Source: Eledone cirrhosa (Eukaryota). Taken from it: 64,000 bases of DNA. Made by a program: the position numbers and the translations under genes. The stretch lies in the NCBI GenBank assembly GCA_964016885.1, contig OZ024743.1:158224001-158288000 (forward strand). The letters run 5' to 3'. The first letter of the stretch is position 1, and the number at the start of each line of letters is the position of its first letter. Of the stretch, positions 26,667 to 39,988 are shown piece after piece. The notes under the pieces were generated by a model. It saw nothing but the letters and a program-made list of their open reading frames with translations, searched no databases and was not told where the DNA came from.

Positions 26667-27387
26667 TTATATATATATATATCTATTGGACTCTCCCGTC
26701 GATTCAATGTATGAGAGTTCAACTGTCTTTTCAGTTCATTGTCTGTTGCTTATGCCTCATATGGCACTTCATTCCAGTTGTTAATTTGCATATCAATCCG
26801 CATTCAATGCAAGTGACAGGATCTAAAACAGATCAGGTTGGAATGCCTGACCGAGGTGGGCTAAACGAGATTTCTCAAAGTTCTTTATACCTTTGTGGCA
26901 GACAGTTATCCATTTTTTACAGTTGGCAGTCATGGCTTCAAATGAAGAAAGAGTTTCATTAACAGACTTAAGATTGTACTTCAGTTTGTCTTTATATCAG
27001 AGTAGTGGTCTGCCCACACCATGCACACCATCCGGGAACTCTCTGTACAATAATATCTTAGGTACTGTTAATCACATCTCCAAGGCAACTGATGCTTTTG
27101 ACAAACTACATCACCGCCTGAAAACAAAAAATTGCAGTTAATTGTGCAATTGTATATATATATCTGTGTGTGTGTGTGGGTGTGGTACTGGGATCAGGAA
27201 GACCACAAATCAAAGAAGTACTCAATACATGATATGCTGCAGAGTGAGTATATTAGTAAAAGTTGAGTATTGACCAAGGTAACTAGCCAAAACCGCCAAG
27301 CCTACAGTCAATCCTCTACTTTTACTAATATATATATATACAATCCTTATGGAATCCTCTTCAGATTTTGGTCTTTCTATTTATTGT

Positions 27388-27439
<52 letters not shown>

Positions 27440-27577
27440 CTGTGTGTGTCTGTGTGTGTGTGTGTATGTATGTATGTATATATGTATGTATGTATATATG
27501 TATATATGTATATATTGTATGTATGTATATATGTATATATGTATATATTGTATGTATGTATGTATGTATGTATATAT

Positions 27578-28187
27578 GTCAGGTCACCAGTTGGTGCTAC
27601 TGGTAACATGTATCCCAGTACAACCTGTCTCATGGTCGAGTCGTTGGTGACTAAACTGGCAACCCCACCAAGGTTTCTTGGTGAGGTGGGTGACTTTGGA
27701 CATCCTGCAGGACTAAAAACAAAACCTGTCAAAGGGCAAAGGAGCTCGTAAGAGTCAATGGCCATCCAAAATCACCGGGAGAGATGACCCCTTAGCCTTT
27801 GTCAAGGCAGAATTCTAGGAGAAGGAAAACTCTGATATAACACCTGCAACCCTGATGGTATCCAATGATGTTGACTTGTTCTTCTTTTTGGTTAATATCA
27901 TCTTCGTTAAGAGAGTGGGACTGGCTTTGTGCAGTGCCTTTGCTCACTATAAAAGCTTCACGGCACAGGCATTGCTTTATATCTGGAGATCTCTCTGCAC
28001 TTGTCGTCACATGGTGCCATGGGCCCAGCACTATGTGTCAATAATTGTCACAAGTGTAGTGTTTGTACCAGAGTTTTCAAGTCGTTTGCTGGACTAAAAA
28101 GTCACACTCATTCAGCGCATCGGTAGGGGTTCTCTTACATGGATATAAAGTAGTGGCCGTACTCGAAAACGAGTTGGCAGCCACCAT
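27578..28187 (+). mobile_element. ~610-bp non-coding element inserted in (TA)n/(TATG)n, with a structured 5' end
   Basis: Sharp microsatellite boundaries; head, middle and tail similar to 40366-41010; orientation inferred from the truncation pattern. Confidence 0.6.
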
Positions 28188-28235
28188 GTATATATATATA
28201 TATATATGTGTATGTATGTATGTATATATATATAT

Positions 28236-28647
28236 CCGGGAGAGATGACCCCTTAGCCTTTGTCAAGGCAGAATTCTAGGTGAAGGAAAACTCTGATATA
28301 ACACCTGCAACACTGATGGTATCCAATGATGTTGACTTGTCCTTCTTTTTGGTTAATATCATCTTGGTTAAGAGAGTAGGACTGGCTTTGTGCAGTGCCT
28401 TTGCTCACTATAAAAGCTTCACGGCACAGGCATTGCTTTATATCTGGAGATCTCTCTGCACTTGTCGTCACATGGTGCCATGGGCCCAGCACTATGTGTC
28501 AATAATTGTCACAGGTGTAGTGTTTGTACCAGAGTTTTCAAGTCGCTGGCTGGACTAAAAAGTCACACTTGTTTAGTGCATCGGTAGGGTTCTCCTACAT
28601 GGATATAAAGTAGTGGCCGTACTCGAAAACGAGTTGGCAGCCACCAT
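28236..28647 (+). repeat. Tandem 5'-truncated second copy of 27775-28187
   Basis: Starts ccgggagagatgacccc at offset 461 and ends ggcagccaccatg + (TA)n; a few substitutions. Confidence 0.9.
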
Positions 28648-31556
28648 GTATATATGTATATATGTATGTATGTATGTATGTATATATATTTTTGCCATGC
28701 TTGCATGGGTTAGAAAGGTCTTTTCCAGCACAACACCCATGGTCATTTGTGACCAAAGAGGGTTTTTACTCCTTTTATTTATGAAATAATCTTTAGATAT
28801 TTAATGATCCTAATATGGCAACCACACTAGAGAAAGGTGGGTGGGTGATCGAAAAAAATATGGAACATTGAAAATTATGGTCGTATGTCAGGGATAAGAT
28901 CTGATTACAGTCAATAAGCAATGAATTTCTCTGAGAGTAGTAACATATATCTCACATTCAGTGGAAATCAGATGGTTATAGAAGAGTTCAGTTCAGTGCA
29001 ATATTCAGTGCAACATTCAATGCAATATATTGACAGAGGAGTTATTTATGGTGTCCTTTTAATATATTTATGGTTTGCTGCAATTGAAATATAAGATTGT
29101 TTTTACCGGAGGAGATTGGATAAGTTGGTAGGTAGTTAGGTAGATGCAGGAGTATGTTGAGAGAATGACAGGCAAATAGAGAGACAGATAGATTAAAAGC
29201 AGGTAGTGAAAATAGTTATTATTAGCATATCTGTCAATGTTAGAGAAGTGATGTATTTGAAGAAGAAAATGATGATGATGATGATGATGATGATGTTGGT
29301 GGTGGTGGTGGTGGTGATGTCAATAATGGCAATGTCAATGACAATGGTAGTTTTCTTTTAAAAATTACTAGCCATGGAACTAGTATTAAGAAAATAATGT
29401 TATTAGCAGTCCTGCATGGAAGTTCTTATTAGAAACTTCTTATGTTCATCGTGATCATATTATTGTTCATCGTGGATTGATAGAAGATATCAGAGTGAAC
29501 CACAAGAGACTGTGACACCAATATTTCTCTATAATTAGACAGGCCTCCTATTATCTCAACTCAGTAATGCTGTGGATTCATTGACTTTTTAGACCAAACA
29601 GTGGGAATCCAAATTGTGACTCTCTTCCACACTAAGCAAATTCACTAGCAAATTGCTGTTGCATTTCAGAAAGTTTGGTAACATCCTTGACAATGAGGAA
29701 ATGCCACTGCCTATATGAAGCAGTATTGGCAAGCATTTTTTTCACCAAGGGTGAATTATCATGTAAATTCATAGAATGCAACATTTAAATTACTATTCTA
29801 GTTTTTTGTTTTTTTTTGTCTTTTTATATGGACTTTGTCAGCAGAAAATTTCAAATTTGAATGGACTCAAAATTTCCCTTTATACACATACTTTTTTCTT
29901 AGTGTAAAAGGTTTTTTGTTGGTTTTCTTGGGGGGGGAGGGGGGTCACCTAGGGAACAAGAGAGAAAAGTACCCTCAAACTGGATACCTGGCCCAATTGC
30001 TTGTAATAGAGTGAAGGCACTCAAAGGCCAGATTGTGGTTTTAAACTAGACAACTGATTAAGTCTATCACCTAATCAGGTCACAGTGTGATTTGATCTCA
30101 GAATACAAATACTGTGAGGTATCCTGTTCAATACTCTAAAAACTCCAGCTGTCTACCACTTGAAATTGGTATTTTATTTATAACTCCCAGAAGGATAAAA
30201 GACAAAATTGGCCTCAGTCAGATTTAACTCAGAATGAAAAAAAAAACATATATATATATACCACAAATCATTTCCTCTGATGTTCTACTTTTGTCAACTT
30301 GTCCTTGCCTTAATGTAACAAATTCACCAACCCTGCCTCAATAAATCAAAACATTGTGTTGTACATTTACAATATGGTTACTGTTACTATTCTTCTTTAT
30401 AATATATAATACTATTACAAAAATAAGACAAGATTTAATATAATGGTATGGAGGTGTTTGTTCAAATAGTCTAGCATGGCCATTTCATAATGTTTTATTA
30501 TGACATTGAATTGGCAGAGTTGGTAGAATATTAGATAGAATGCTTTAGATCAGGGGTGTGCAACATATTCCATTGGCAGGCTACTTTTGAACATTGGAAC
30601 AACTATCAAAAATATGTAATAAAAAAAAATATGGAACAACTGTCCAAAATATGTAATCAAATGAAAACCACAACCTTTTTCCATAACATGAAACTGGAAA
30701 ATTATAACACACATAACCCTAGCAGTGAAGCCTAACAGAAAATTGTATTACAGTTACGAAAAAAATTCTAAATAAGCCTACAAGGTAAAAATTAAAAACA
30801 GTCAATGCAGCCCACTCTGACTGGTCTGGTCTGGTGGGCTTTAGATTATTTGTTTCAGCTCTCTGTACTCTAATTCAAAATCCCAGTAAACCAATTTTGC
30901 TCTTCATCCTTGTTTAATCATCAGTGGTATCTATTCAAGCTCTTTGATTTCTGACAGCAATGCCTGTGGTGACACTAATGTAGAGCTTTATCAGCACTAG
31001 CATTTCCCTTGAATGACTTTGGTGGCATTGAGAAGAAAGAATTGCATGCATGGATAACTGCTGGTCGTCCATAAAAACCTTGTTCAGCTGTGACAGCATC
31101 TTGGTGTGAAACTTACGAGGTACAGCTCGGTGGTCTCATGAGACACACAGAGATCTCAATTTTTTGTTTCTACATACTATCTCAAATAAAGTCACTTGTC
31201 AAACATGTACAACTCTGAAATTATTTTCCATTATCTAGAAATATATAATATCTACCCCCACTCTACTCACACCCAGTTAAGTGAATGCAACTGAGTAACA
31301 GTTTTAACTTATGACAACAAAACAGCTGAATTGATTATACTTATTCTATCAACTCTTGATAGCATTAAAACCCATATCAACATTAATTGTATTTAAACAC
31401 ATAATATAAAGAAATGTATTTAAATACTACAACGAATTTAGTTTGATTCTCTATATCTTGTGAAGTTTTCATCTTTTCTACAATAATAATACCAAATTCT
31501 GATTCCTTTTTAATACTATAATTAACTCTTTTAATAGGTTTACACTTCTAAAGAAA

Positions 31557-31702
31557 ATGTCCAGTCAGACAGAACCATGGCAACCATGCAAATCTACTGG
31601 AAATTTCCTCAGATCTTCAAGATTTGCACAAAGGTTATCTCCTATGAAAGCCAGTCACACCTTAGGTTACAGCCCATATGCAGAATCAGACAGTGGCTTC
31701 GG
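31557..31702 (+). CDS. Host coiled-coil gene, first coding exon
   Basis: acceptor ttttaatag at 31537, ATG 31557, MSSQTEPWQPCKS...AESDSGF, donor gg|gtaag (phase 2) matching the 45641 exon. Confidence 0.75.
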
Positions 31703-32859
31703 GTAAGAAACAAGGTAATTCTTTATTGTAGGTGATTAGATTGTGAAATACTTTACTTTAAATTGTTTAGTACCTCATTCTCTTCAGTTCCAATCCAGCC
31801 TGGTTTTTTACTTTTGTCTTTCAACCTTCCAACCATTAAATATTGCGATTGGTTCAATCAATAAAGTATTCTTCCTTACAAAAAATTATATATTTCTAAT
31901 CAAAAGAAATTATCATTTATTAAGTTCAACTAATGTTTCTTCCTAATTGATAGTATCTTTTTCCTATTCAATTTTTGTTGGGAGACAATAAATGAGCAAA
32001 TTGTTTCAAATATATGAAAATGTTCCATAACCCTAAATGGATTGTTGAACCAGCATCAGAAGCATCATTTTTATCTTCATGTGATATACCAAATAAAAGT
32101 CAATCTAGTGACTACTATCTCTCCTTAAGCTAGTGATTATAACTAGAAGTTGCTGATATAAGGAGCAATAGATAAGAAGTGAATCTACTGTAAATTTCAA
32201 CCTGAATTGCACATTCAGCTTACTGAAATTTATATTACTTCATGCTTAGAATATTGTGGGACATTTTGTAGCATAATAAACTTGTTCTTTCAATAGAAAC
32301 TCCAATAGTTATGACTCTGTGTTATGGATAGGGTGCATGTATATGTGTGTGTGTGTGCATGTGTATGTGTGTGTGTGCACAAATAATTTGTTTTATGTGG
32401 AGTAAATTTGGGGACAGCCTACACCACTCAGTCTTCTTTTTTGTGGTACTTAGACTGGTGCACAGTCTGCTGCATGTCATGTCAGACACAAATGAATACA
32501 TGCTAGGGAATGTAGTGATACAAAATCCAAACATAACATTGCTGATTTGACTTAGTGTTGCTGTTTTCATTATATGCAAAGCTTTCTTTTCCAAAGTTCT
32601 TCTAATAATACCAAGTATGTGCCTTAAAGGATTGCATACATAAACAGGACTATGTCAATATGATGCATCAAACCATCAGTTGCCATGGTTGAAATGTTCT
32701 AACAAGTTTCCACCTGATTTACTAACATTGGACATAGGACACAACTTCCTATGAGGTACTCTTTCTCAGAATTTTTTTAGTTAGTTTACCCTAGGAATTA
32801 CAAGATGATAATTGACTCTATGCAGAGTTCATTTGTCCTTTTGATAAGTCTTGTTTATT

Positions 32860-33345
32860 CAAATATCCCTGAGGCCAGATGTAGTACTCTAGTCTGAAAG
32901 GATAAAAATATAATCCTGATTGAACTCATGGCCTCACAGGAAGAAGAGTGCAGCAAAGCCTTTGAGTGAAAGAGTGCTAAATATCAAGAACTTGTGCAGG
33001 AGTGTAGGGAGAAAGGTTAGAAGGCATGGCTATTTCCAGTCATGGTGGGTTTCAGGGGTTTCTGGCTCACACAGTATGGAGAATGCTCACTGCCATTGGA
33101 ATGACAGGAAGAGAGAAGGCTGCAATTTGCAGGATGTTGGAGGTAGAAGAAAGGACCTCTTGTTGGCTTTGGAGCAGGAGAGAGGAGATAAGCTGGTAGT
33201 AATTTGTAAGATGAGCAGTAATTTGTCCACCACTGCTAACCCACCTGCGAGAGGGTGTTATAATTGAAGGTCAAAACACCCAATGAATATTGGACACTGT
33301 CTGATTACATCAATGCCTTCTAGTCAAGATTATGTCCAGTGAAGG
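32860..33345 (+). mobile_element. Hero-like REL non-LTR 3' fragment
   Basis: frameshifted LRPDVVL..IILIEL, AWLFPVMVGFRGF, VWRMLTAIG, SCWLWSRRE. Confidence 0.7.
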
Positions 33346-34581
33346 TAAATGAATGTGAGGCATCTTCATGAAGATGAAATTATGCCTATTCTACTGGATT
33401 TTTAGCAATGTTTCTCACCTGGCTAGGACTACCAGTTAAGACATTAATAACTTGACCATGTAACAAGTTGTACTGAGGTTCATGTTACAAGTGACCTTAA
33501 TTATGAGTGACCTGGCCTTTTCTCACAGCACACTGGGGCCATTTCTGTATTATGACAAATGTAAGAAAATATCTATATTTTTTAATAAAGATAAAAATAT
33601 TTTTTTTCTGTTATCGGAGAGAAATAAAATCTATTTGCTTACATTTTACGCACGTCCTATCAAGTCACATTGTCGCTCTGAGTACGTATCAAGGGGGAAA
33701 TCTATTGTGGTGACTCATTTCTGACGAGTGAAAAATACCACCACCACCACTGGAATGCTCAACGACTATAATCACTTGATTCCGTGGTAAAAGTTACAAC
33801 TGTGGTGTTGGACCATTAGTTTTGCCACAATCCTGCTATTTGTTGCACTGGTTAGAGGGCTTTCTAAAAGATCTGATGCAGGCCTACCGCCAGGGCCTGC
33901 TAGTTTAATGTACTGGCAATTAACATATGAAGGAATATAGTGTTGACTTCAGCTGAATGCGTCAACATGCTGCTTGATTGTCTTCATGCTCCCCGTTGTT
34001 ACCAGCATGACCCTCACTGGCCTATATTTCCCCCTCCAGTAAACATGCCCATCTCTTCTTTCTATGTAAGTCTGGATGAAATGCTAGTGGCAAGTATTAG
34101 GTTTTCAATACGGAGCTAAGGGAGGAAAGTTATTGTGGTGACTCAATCTTAGTGTGTTTATAATTATAGTTCAGTGCGTTGTGCAGATTCCACCTGATGC
34201 ACATGTCATCAATCTCCCCGAAAGTTAGCGCCAGCTTGCCTGACCCCTTGGGCGCATGTCTAACTCCTTCCCCTGACCCTTTGAACCCAATTATCTTTGA
34301 TATTCGCCTGGCCGCCCTTTTTAACCCTCTGTCATACACACACACACAATAGACAACCCTATCAATTACGCATGTGTAAGAAAAGAAAGTCGAAAGTAAC
34401 TTTAAAATCTAAGAAGATCATCATCATTACATAATAGTGATTGTTTTCGAGGACATAAAAAATAATTTGTTCCCAGAATATTTTGAATTTTCAGTCACTG
34501 ATACCAAAATTCTTATTGATTACTGTAGGCAAACAAATATTGATGACAGCCCTGTAACAAGTTTGTTCAGAATTATTCTGC

Positions 34582-35100
34582 TTATGCTCTCTTAAAGATC
34601 GGACTCAGTTTTGCAAGGACCTGTATGGCACATTGATGCTGTAATGCAATGTGGATGCTATCAGCTTGTGAACTTACCTGCTGAAATCTGGCTTGTTCTG
34701 TCTGTGTTGCTCTCCTGCCTTCTGCACGGGACCTCAGTTGCTGAAAGCGAGACTGGCGCTGCTCTTGAGACTGACCTGCTTGACTGGCTCTTTCATGAGT
34801 CCTCATCTGCTGAAGGCGAGACTGGCACTCCTCTTGAGGCTGGCCTGCGAGACTGGCTCTTGCATGAGTCCTCATCTGCTGAAGACGACGTTCATGGTCA
34901 TCTTCAGACTCTGCTGCTCTAGTAACATTTTTTCTTTTGGAAAATCGGATCTTGCGGCCAAACTGGCACTTTTTGGGTGGCATATCGGCAGTAACAATGA
35001 TTGTTCGAACAGGGTCATGTTTGCTCTTTATATAGGTATTATTCAAGGGAGGGTGACACATAGAAATCAAATAACCAATCAAGTTATGAGGGGTAATCAT
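34582..35100 (-). mobile_element. Helitron-like N-terminal fragment with 23-aa STPR-like repeats
   Basis: 69-bp repeats encoding AESEDDHERRLQQMRTHARASLA / GQPQEECQSRLQQMRTHERASQA / GQSQEQRQSRFQQLRSRAEGRRA; (gtct)-like tract upstream on the minus strand; no Rep or helicase seen. Confidence 0.55.
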
Positions 35101-35685
35101 GACTGATAGTGATTGGCCTCAGTTAAAATGTGATTGCACGTGCAGGAGTCAAAAGGTCAAAGGGGTCATTGTGTTGTTTAGTGAGATTGGTGGTGCTAAT
35201 CTGTATGCCGCCTACATGGAAAGATGAGAAATCCACCATTGGCCTGTTCTATGGCATCCAGATATATATAGCTGACGTGACGATAAGCCGTTCCTACTTT
35301 CGTACAGTCCTACTAAATGTAAACAAATCGCTGCATAGTTAACGAAATAAATACAATGTTTGTTTATATTTTGTTTTTGTAGTTCTGTTTTCCGATGTAT
35401 TTTGTGTTTTTGTGTATGCAAAAATATCTGTTCACGAATATATATATAATTAATTAAAAGTTGGTTAGAAGCGAAGTCAAAGCAGACAGGCAGACATACA
35501 GACAGATATTATAAGCGCGTGACGTTAGAGCTATGTATCTAAAAAGACAGAGTAAGAAAGAGAGAGGAATGTTGTATTATATATACTATATATAATAAAG
35601 TACCAGTAATGTATTCCTCACTTTCTTCCTTAGAAAAAGTTATATCTATGGTGCAAATTTGGTGTCGTTTGGTCCAGCCGTTTGG

Positions 35686-35803
35686 CCAAAAGTTTGTTAC
35701 ATACATACATATGGCCGTCAGCTTTATTAATATATATATATATATATTAATAAAGTTGATGGCCATATGTATGTATGTATCTATGTATGTAACAAACTTT
35801 TGG
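35686..35803. repeat. Palindrome centred on (TA)n, abutting the Penelope-like element
   Basis: ccaaaagtttgttacatac..ggccgtcagctttattaat / attaataaagttgatggcc..gtatgtaacaaacttttgg. Confidence 0.85.
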
Positions 35804-36499
35804 GAGGGAGTGGAGGAAATCCAGTCAAGCGTTGAAAGTGAAAAATACAGCAGATTCTAAGGATAGTGTATAGAAGGTCAAAAAAGTATACTAGAGAAGG
35901 AGAGGGGGCGGGGTTGAAACAATAAGTAAATCTAGAGGGAGTAAACAGAAAAGCCATTATAAAAATGAGGAAATATATAAAAAATATATTAAAAAAATAT
36001 AAAATACAATTTCTGGTTACTACTCCCCTTCCACAATCACCAAATCTCTCACTGGTACTGCTAAGCTATAGAAAAGTTTAATAGGTGGGAAGGAATACTA
36101 AATACGAGATTGTAGTGAAAGAATTTTATGAGGCCATCATTACAGGGGTTCTACCACCACTACGATAGTTAGTAGTAATCAGCCAATGTTATCTTACAAT
36201 GACAGGTTAATAAGTTGAGGACCAACATACTAAAAAAAAAAAAAAACCTAATACGAAATATTAATTCAGAATCCCGAAACTAATACGAAATATTAATTCA
36301 GAAACCCGAAACATGAATACTAATACAATATATATAAAAGTACTGCTACAATACATAAATTCTAATACAATCTACATAAATACTCATTCAATATATATAA
36401 AAAACTAATACGAAATATTAATTCAGAATCCCCAAAAAATAAATACATATAAATACATATAAATACATACAAGAAACTAAAGCAGAAATACCACTAAGA
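35804..36499 (-). repeat. Inverted pseudo-LTR (left arm) of the Penelope-like element
   Basis: Reverse complement of 39079-39785 throughout, with small indels. Confidence 0.92.
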
Positions 36500-36590
36500 T
36501 ATAGCTCCTATTCCCGTAGTAGAGCATATTCCGACCCTACCACGCCTTATCCAGACTTTTTCGCTAAGCTCAAGCTCTTTCTCCCGCACC

Positions 36591-38725
36591 ATGCGAAAAC
36601 ACTACATCGACTTCTCCACCAAGAACATCCCAGTCCGACCGAGAAAACTTCGGATACTCACGCAAAAAATCGACCTCTTTGCGAAAAGACTAAGATGGAG
36701 AACTTTTTTCTACGACAGATATTGCGACAATCAGGACTTCGATACCAAGGAGAGATTCGGATTTAATACATACAAATCTCCCCCTCCGAACCCTATGCTC
36801 TCACCCTTCGAGGGTGACCTTTTCCAACTGGTCAAGAGCATTAAATTCAAACCCAGACACAACAGATTCCTACAAAAACTCCGTAGCAAATTAACATAGT
36901 ATGAAAACACCAACGACATCATGGTGCACTCGGATAAAACTGGTAACCTCTACTTCGTCAACCCCGACAGATACCACACACTGATCAGGAGCAGCCTAAA
37001 CTCCACCTATAAAGAAGGCTAACCACTCAAGCATCGAGGACATAAATCGAGATGGACAACAAATTACCTCCAGCCTCGGGGTCGCCGACCGCACTGAACC
37101 CCTAGACCCACGGACTCCCAACTTCGCACTGAAGGACCACAAATCCGACATCGTCCGTAAACCATCTATCAGGCTTATAAACCCAACGAAGTCCGACATA
37201 GGGAGAATCAGTAACAAAAATCCTAGACCGCGTTATACCAAAAGTTAAGCAAAACGCCAGACTTAGCCTATGGGTCAACACCCAGGAAGTAATCTCATGG
37301 TTCAGCAATATGGAAGACAAACGAGAGACAAAATTCATCCAGTTTGACATAGAGAGTTACTATGCTTCAATTACCTTACCGCTCCTTACGGCCGCCTTGG
37401 ACTTTGCCGAGACACACGCGCCCATCACCGACCAGGAAAGAAATATCATCCTCCACGCCAGGAAGACAGTCCTACTTTTCGACAACTCCAAATGGATAAA
37501 GAGAGCTCCCGACTCCCCCTTCGACGTCAGTATGGGCGACTGATTCGACTGAGGTCACAGATCTTATAGGATTATTCCTACTATTTAAACTCACCGATAT
37601 GTTTCCTGCATTCGGCGGTGGATTGTACCGTGATGATGGGCTCCTTACCCTCAAAGGGTACAACCCCAGTAGTACAGACCGAGTCCGTAAACAATTAATC
37701 AGCTTCTTCCGCCACTGGGGATTTAAAATAACCCTACAAACGTCCCTAACCCGAGTAAACTTCCTGGACGTTACCGTTAACCTCGATAACGATCTGTACT
37801 ACCCATACAGGAAACCAAACGACAACCTGCACTACATCCACCGCCGGTCGAACCATCCTAGAAACATCACCAATAACCTGGTTAAAAACATCTCCCTCCG
37901 CATATCTCGTTTGTCCGCTAATGAGCAGATATTCGAGGAACATGCGCCTTATTACAACCAGGCCCTCAAGCGGAGTGGCTTCCGGGAGGAAATATCCTAT
38001 TATCCAGCTTCTATTAGCGGAACCAGCAGACGACACCGCCGCTCACGCAACGTAACGTGGTTCAATCCTCCCCACAATGCCGAGGTGACAACACCTATCG
38101 GGAAAATCTTCTTTAGGCTCATCGAAAAAGACTTCCCACTACAACACCGCTATCACAACATAATCAACAAAAAACACCATCAAATTCTCCTACAGCACCA
38201 CACCTAACTTTGCACAAAACATCGTCTCCTCTACCAACAAAAAACTCAACCCCTATGGAAGAAATAACCTAGATAGCAGTGGAGAGCCGACCAGGAGGTG
38301 TAACTGTCCCGATGGATCCCTTTGCCCACTTGACAACAGATGCAGAGATCGTAATGTGATCTACCAGTGCAACGTGAGGACGGACACCTCCAACAAAGCT
38401 TATATAGGATTAACCGCTTGTGACTTCAAGACCCGGCTCTACCAACACAGACATACTTTCCAGAACCCGGCCCGGCGTCACGCCACTACACTTTCGGGCC
38501 ACATCTGGGACCTCAAAGATAATAATATAACCTACTATCTCACTTGGAGCTTACTGTCCAGAGCCAACTCTTACACGGGAGGACGCGGTCCGTGTAACTT
38601 ATGCTCGGGGGAAACATTATAAATACTGTTTTCGACGGACCAACTCCTAAACAAGAAAGACGAACTTGTAAATGCATGCAAACACAGATTGCGTAGGACT
38701 TACCTCGCCCTCAAACCCCATAATG
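36591..38725 (+). mobile_element. Penelope-like element ORF (RT + GIY-YIG), Naiad-type, disrupted
   Basis: IDFSTKNIP N-terminus, FIQFDIESYY, GLYRDDGL, VNFLDV, YIHRRSNHP, WFNPP, CNC..CPLDNRC, IYQC..YIGLT..FKTR..H, CNLC. Confidence 0.92.
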
Positions 38726-39078
38726 ACCCGGGGGGGGGGGGGGCGAGACAAGGGGTGAAACACCTCACTTGCCGACTTTGTAAGGGTTACCCCTAATTTT
38801 TTAATATATTTTTTAAATATATTTTTATCGTTTCCTCTATATTTCCTTCTTCCCCCCATCCCTTCCTAGTCCTTCCACCCCAGATCTCATTCTTTGTCGT
38901 CGTTCTTTTCACCTTCTCGCCCACCCCGATGCAGCCCTTCAATCCTCTGTAGCCTCAGTACCCCCCCCCCTTATTTTATGATAGAATTGGCCGATTCCGC
39001 TTTGTATAGCCTATGTGCTAGACCCCAGATACTTGCTTTCTTCTCTGGTTGCTGCCTCATTTCCGTGATTTCTAGATT

Positions 39079-39785
39079 TCTTAGTGGTATTTCTGCTTTA
39101 GTTTCTTGTATATTAGTATTTATTTTGGGGGGATTCTGAATTAATATTTCGTATTAGTTTTTTATATATATTGTACGAGTATCTATGTAGATTGTATTAG
39201 AATTTATGTATTGTAGCAGTATTTATATATATTGTATTAGTTTTTTTATATATATTGTATGAGTATTTATGTAGATTGTATTAGAATTTATGTATTGTCC
39301 AGTACTTTTATATATATTGTATTAGTATTCATGTTTCGGGATTCTGAATTAATATTTCGTATTAGGTTTTTTGTTTTTTAGTATGTTGGTCCTCAACTTA
39401 TTAACCTGTCATTGTAAGATAGCATTGGCTGATTACTACTAACTATCGTAGTGGCGGTATACCCCCTGTAATGATGGCCTCATAAAATTCTTTCACTACA
39501 ATCTCGTATTTAGTATTCCTTCCCACCTATTAAACTTTTCTATAGTACGAGTGAGAGATTTGATGATTGTGGAAGGGGAGTAGTAACCAGAAATTGTTTT
39601 TTATATTTTTTTTATATACTTTTTATATATTTCCTCATTTTTATAATGGCTTTTTTGTTTACTCCCTTTAGATTTACTTGTTTCAACCCCCTCCCCTTAT
39701 CTAGTATACTTTTTTCTATACACTATCCTTAGAATCTGCTGTATTTTTCACTTTCAACGCTTGACTGGGTTTCCTCCACTCCCTC
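39079..39785 (+). repeat. 3' pseudo-LTR (right arm) of the Penelope-like element
   Basis: Inverted copy at 35804-36499. Confidence 0.92.
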
Positions 39786-39915
39786 TCCCTCTTTCTTCTA
39801 CTGGCAAGTTCAGCTACCCCAACCTTCCACAAAATGCCATGATAGAATCATATGTCTTAACAACAAACTTTTGACCAATCCTTGTGACAATCACTTTTAC
39901 CATATATGGAATTAC

Positions 39916-39988
39916 CCCCTGAGAAGTTCGGCTATTCATTTACCAGGTTAAAAATTTTTATTTAGTCCAGAATTAGCCGTCGAAACGG
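39916..39988 (+). ncRNA. Degenerate hammerhead-like motif at the 3' end of the PLE, truncated by a SINE
   Basis: cccc CTGAGAA gttcggcta...tagccgtc GAAAC; core deviates from CUGANGA; 3' half similar to 5691-5720. Confidence 0.45.

Noticed and set aside
27792-28492. Duplicated 79-aa Cys-containing minus-strand ORFs as a peptide or toxin gene pair
   Set aside because: Non-ATG start, no signal peptide, and they lie inside a repeat unit whose relative at 40366 does not keep the ORF
33878-33904. Helitron 3' end (gcaggcc..ggcctgc hairpin followed by CTAG)
   Set aside because: The hairpin overlaps the CTAG and is on the opposite strand from the STPR ORF
37541-37543. Selenoprotein-type Naiad (UGA recoding)
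   Set aside because: This TGA arises from a frameshift in the DVxMGxxDxxEV motif, and the Zn-finger cysteines are ordinary TGT/TGC codons
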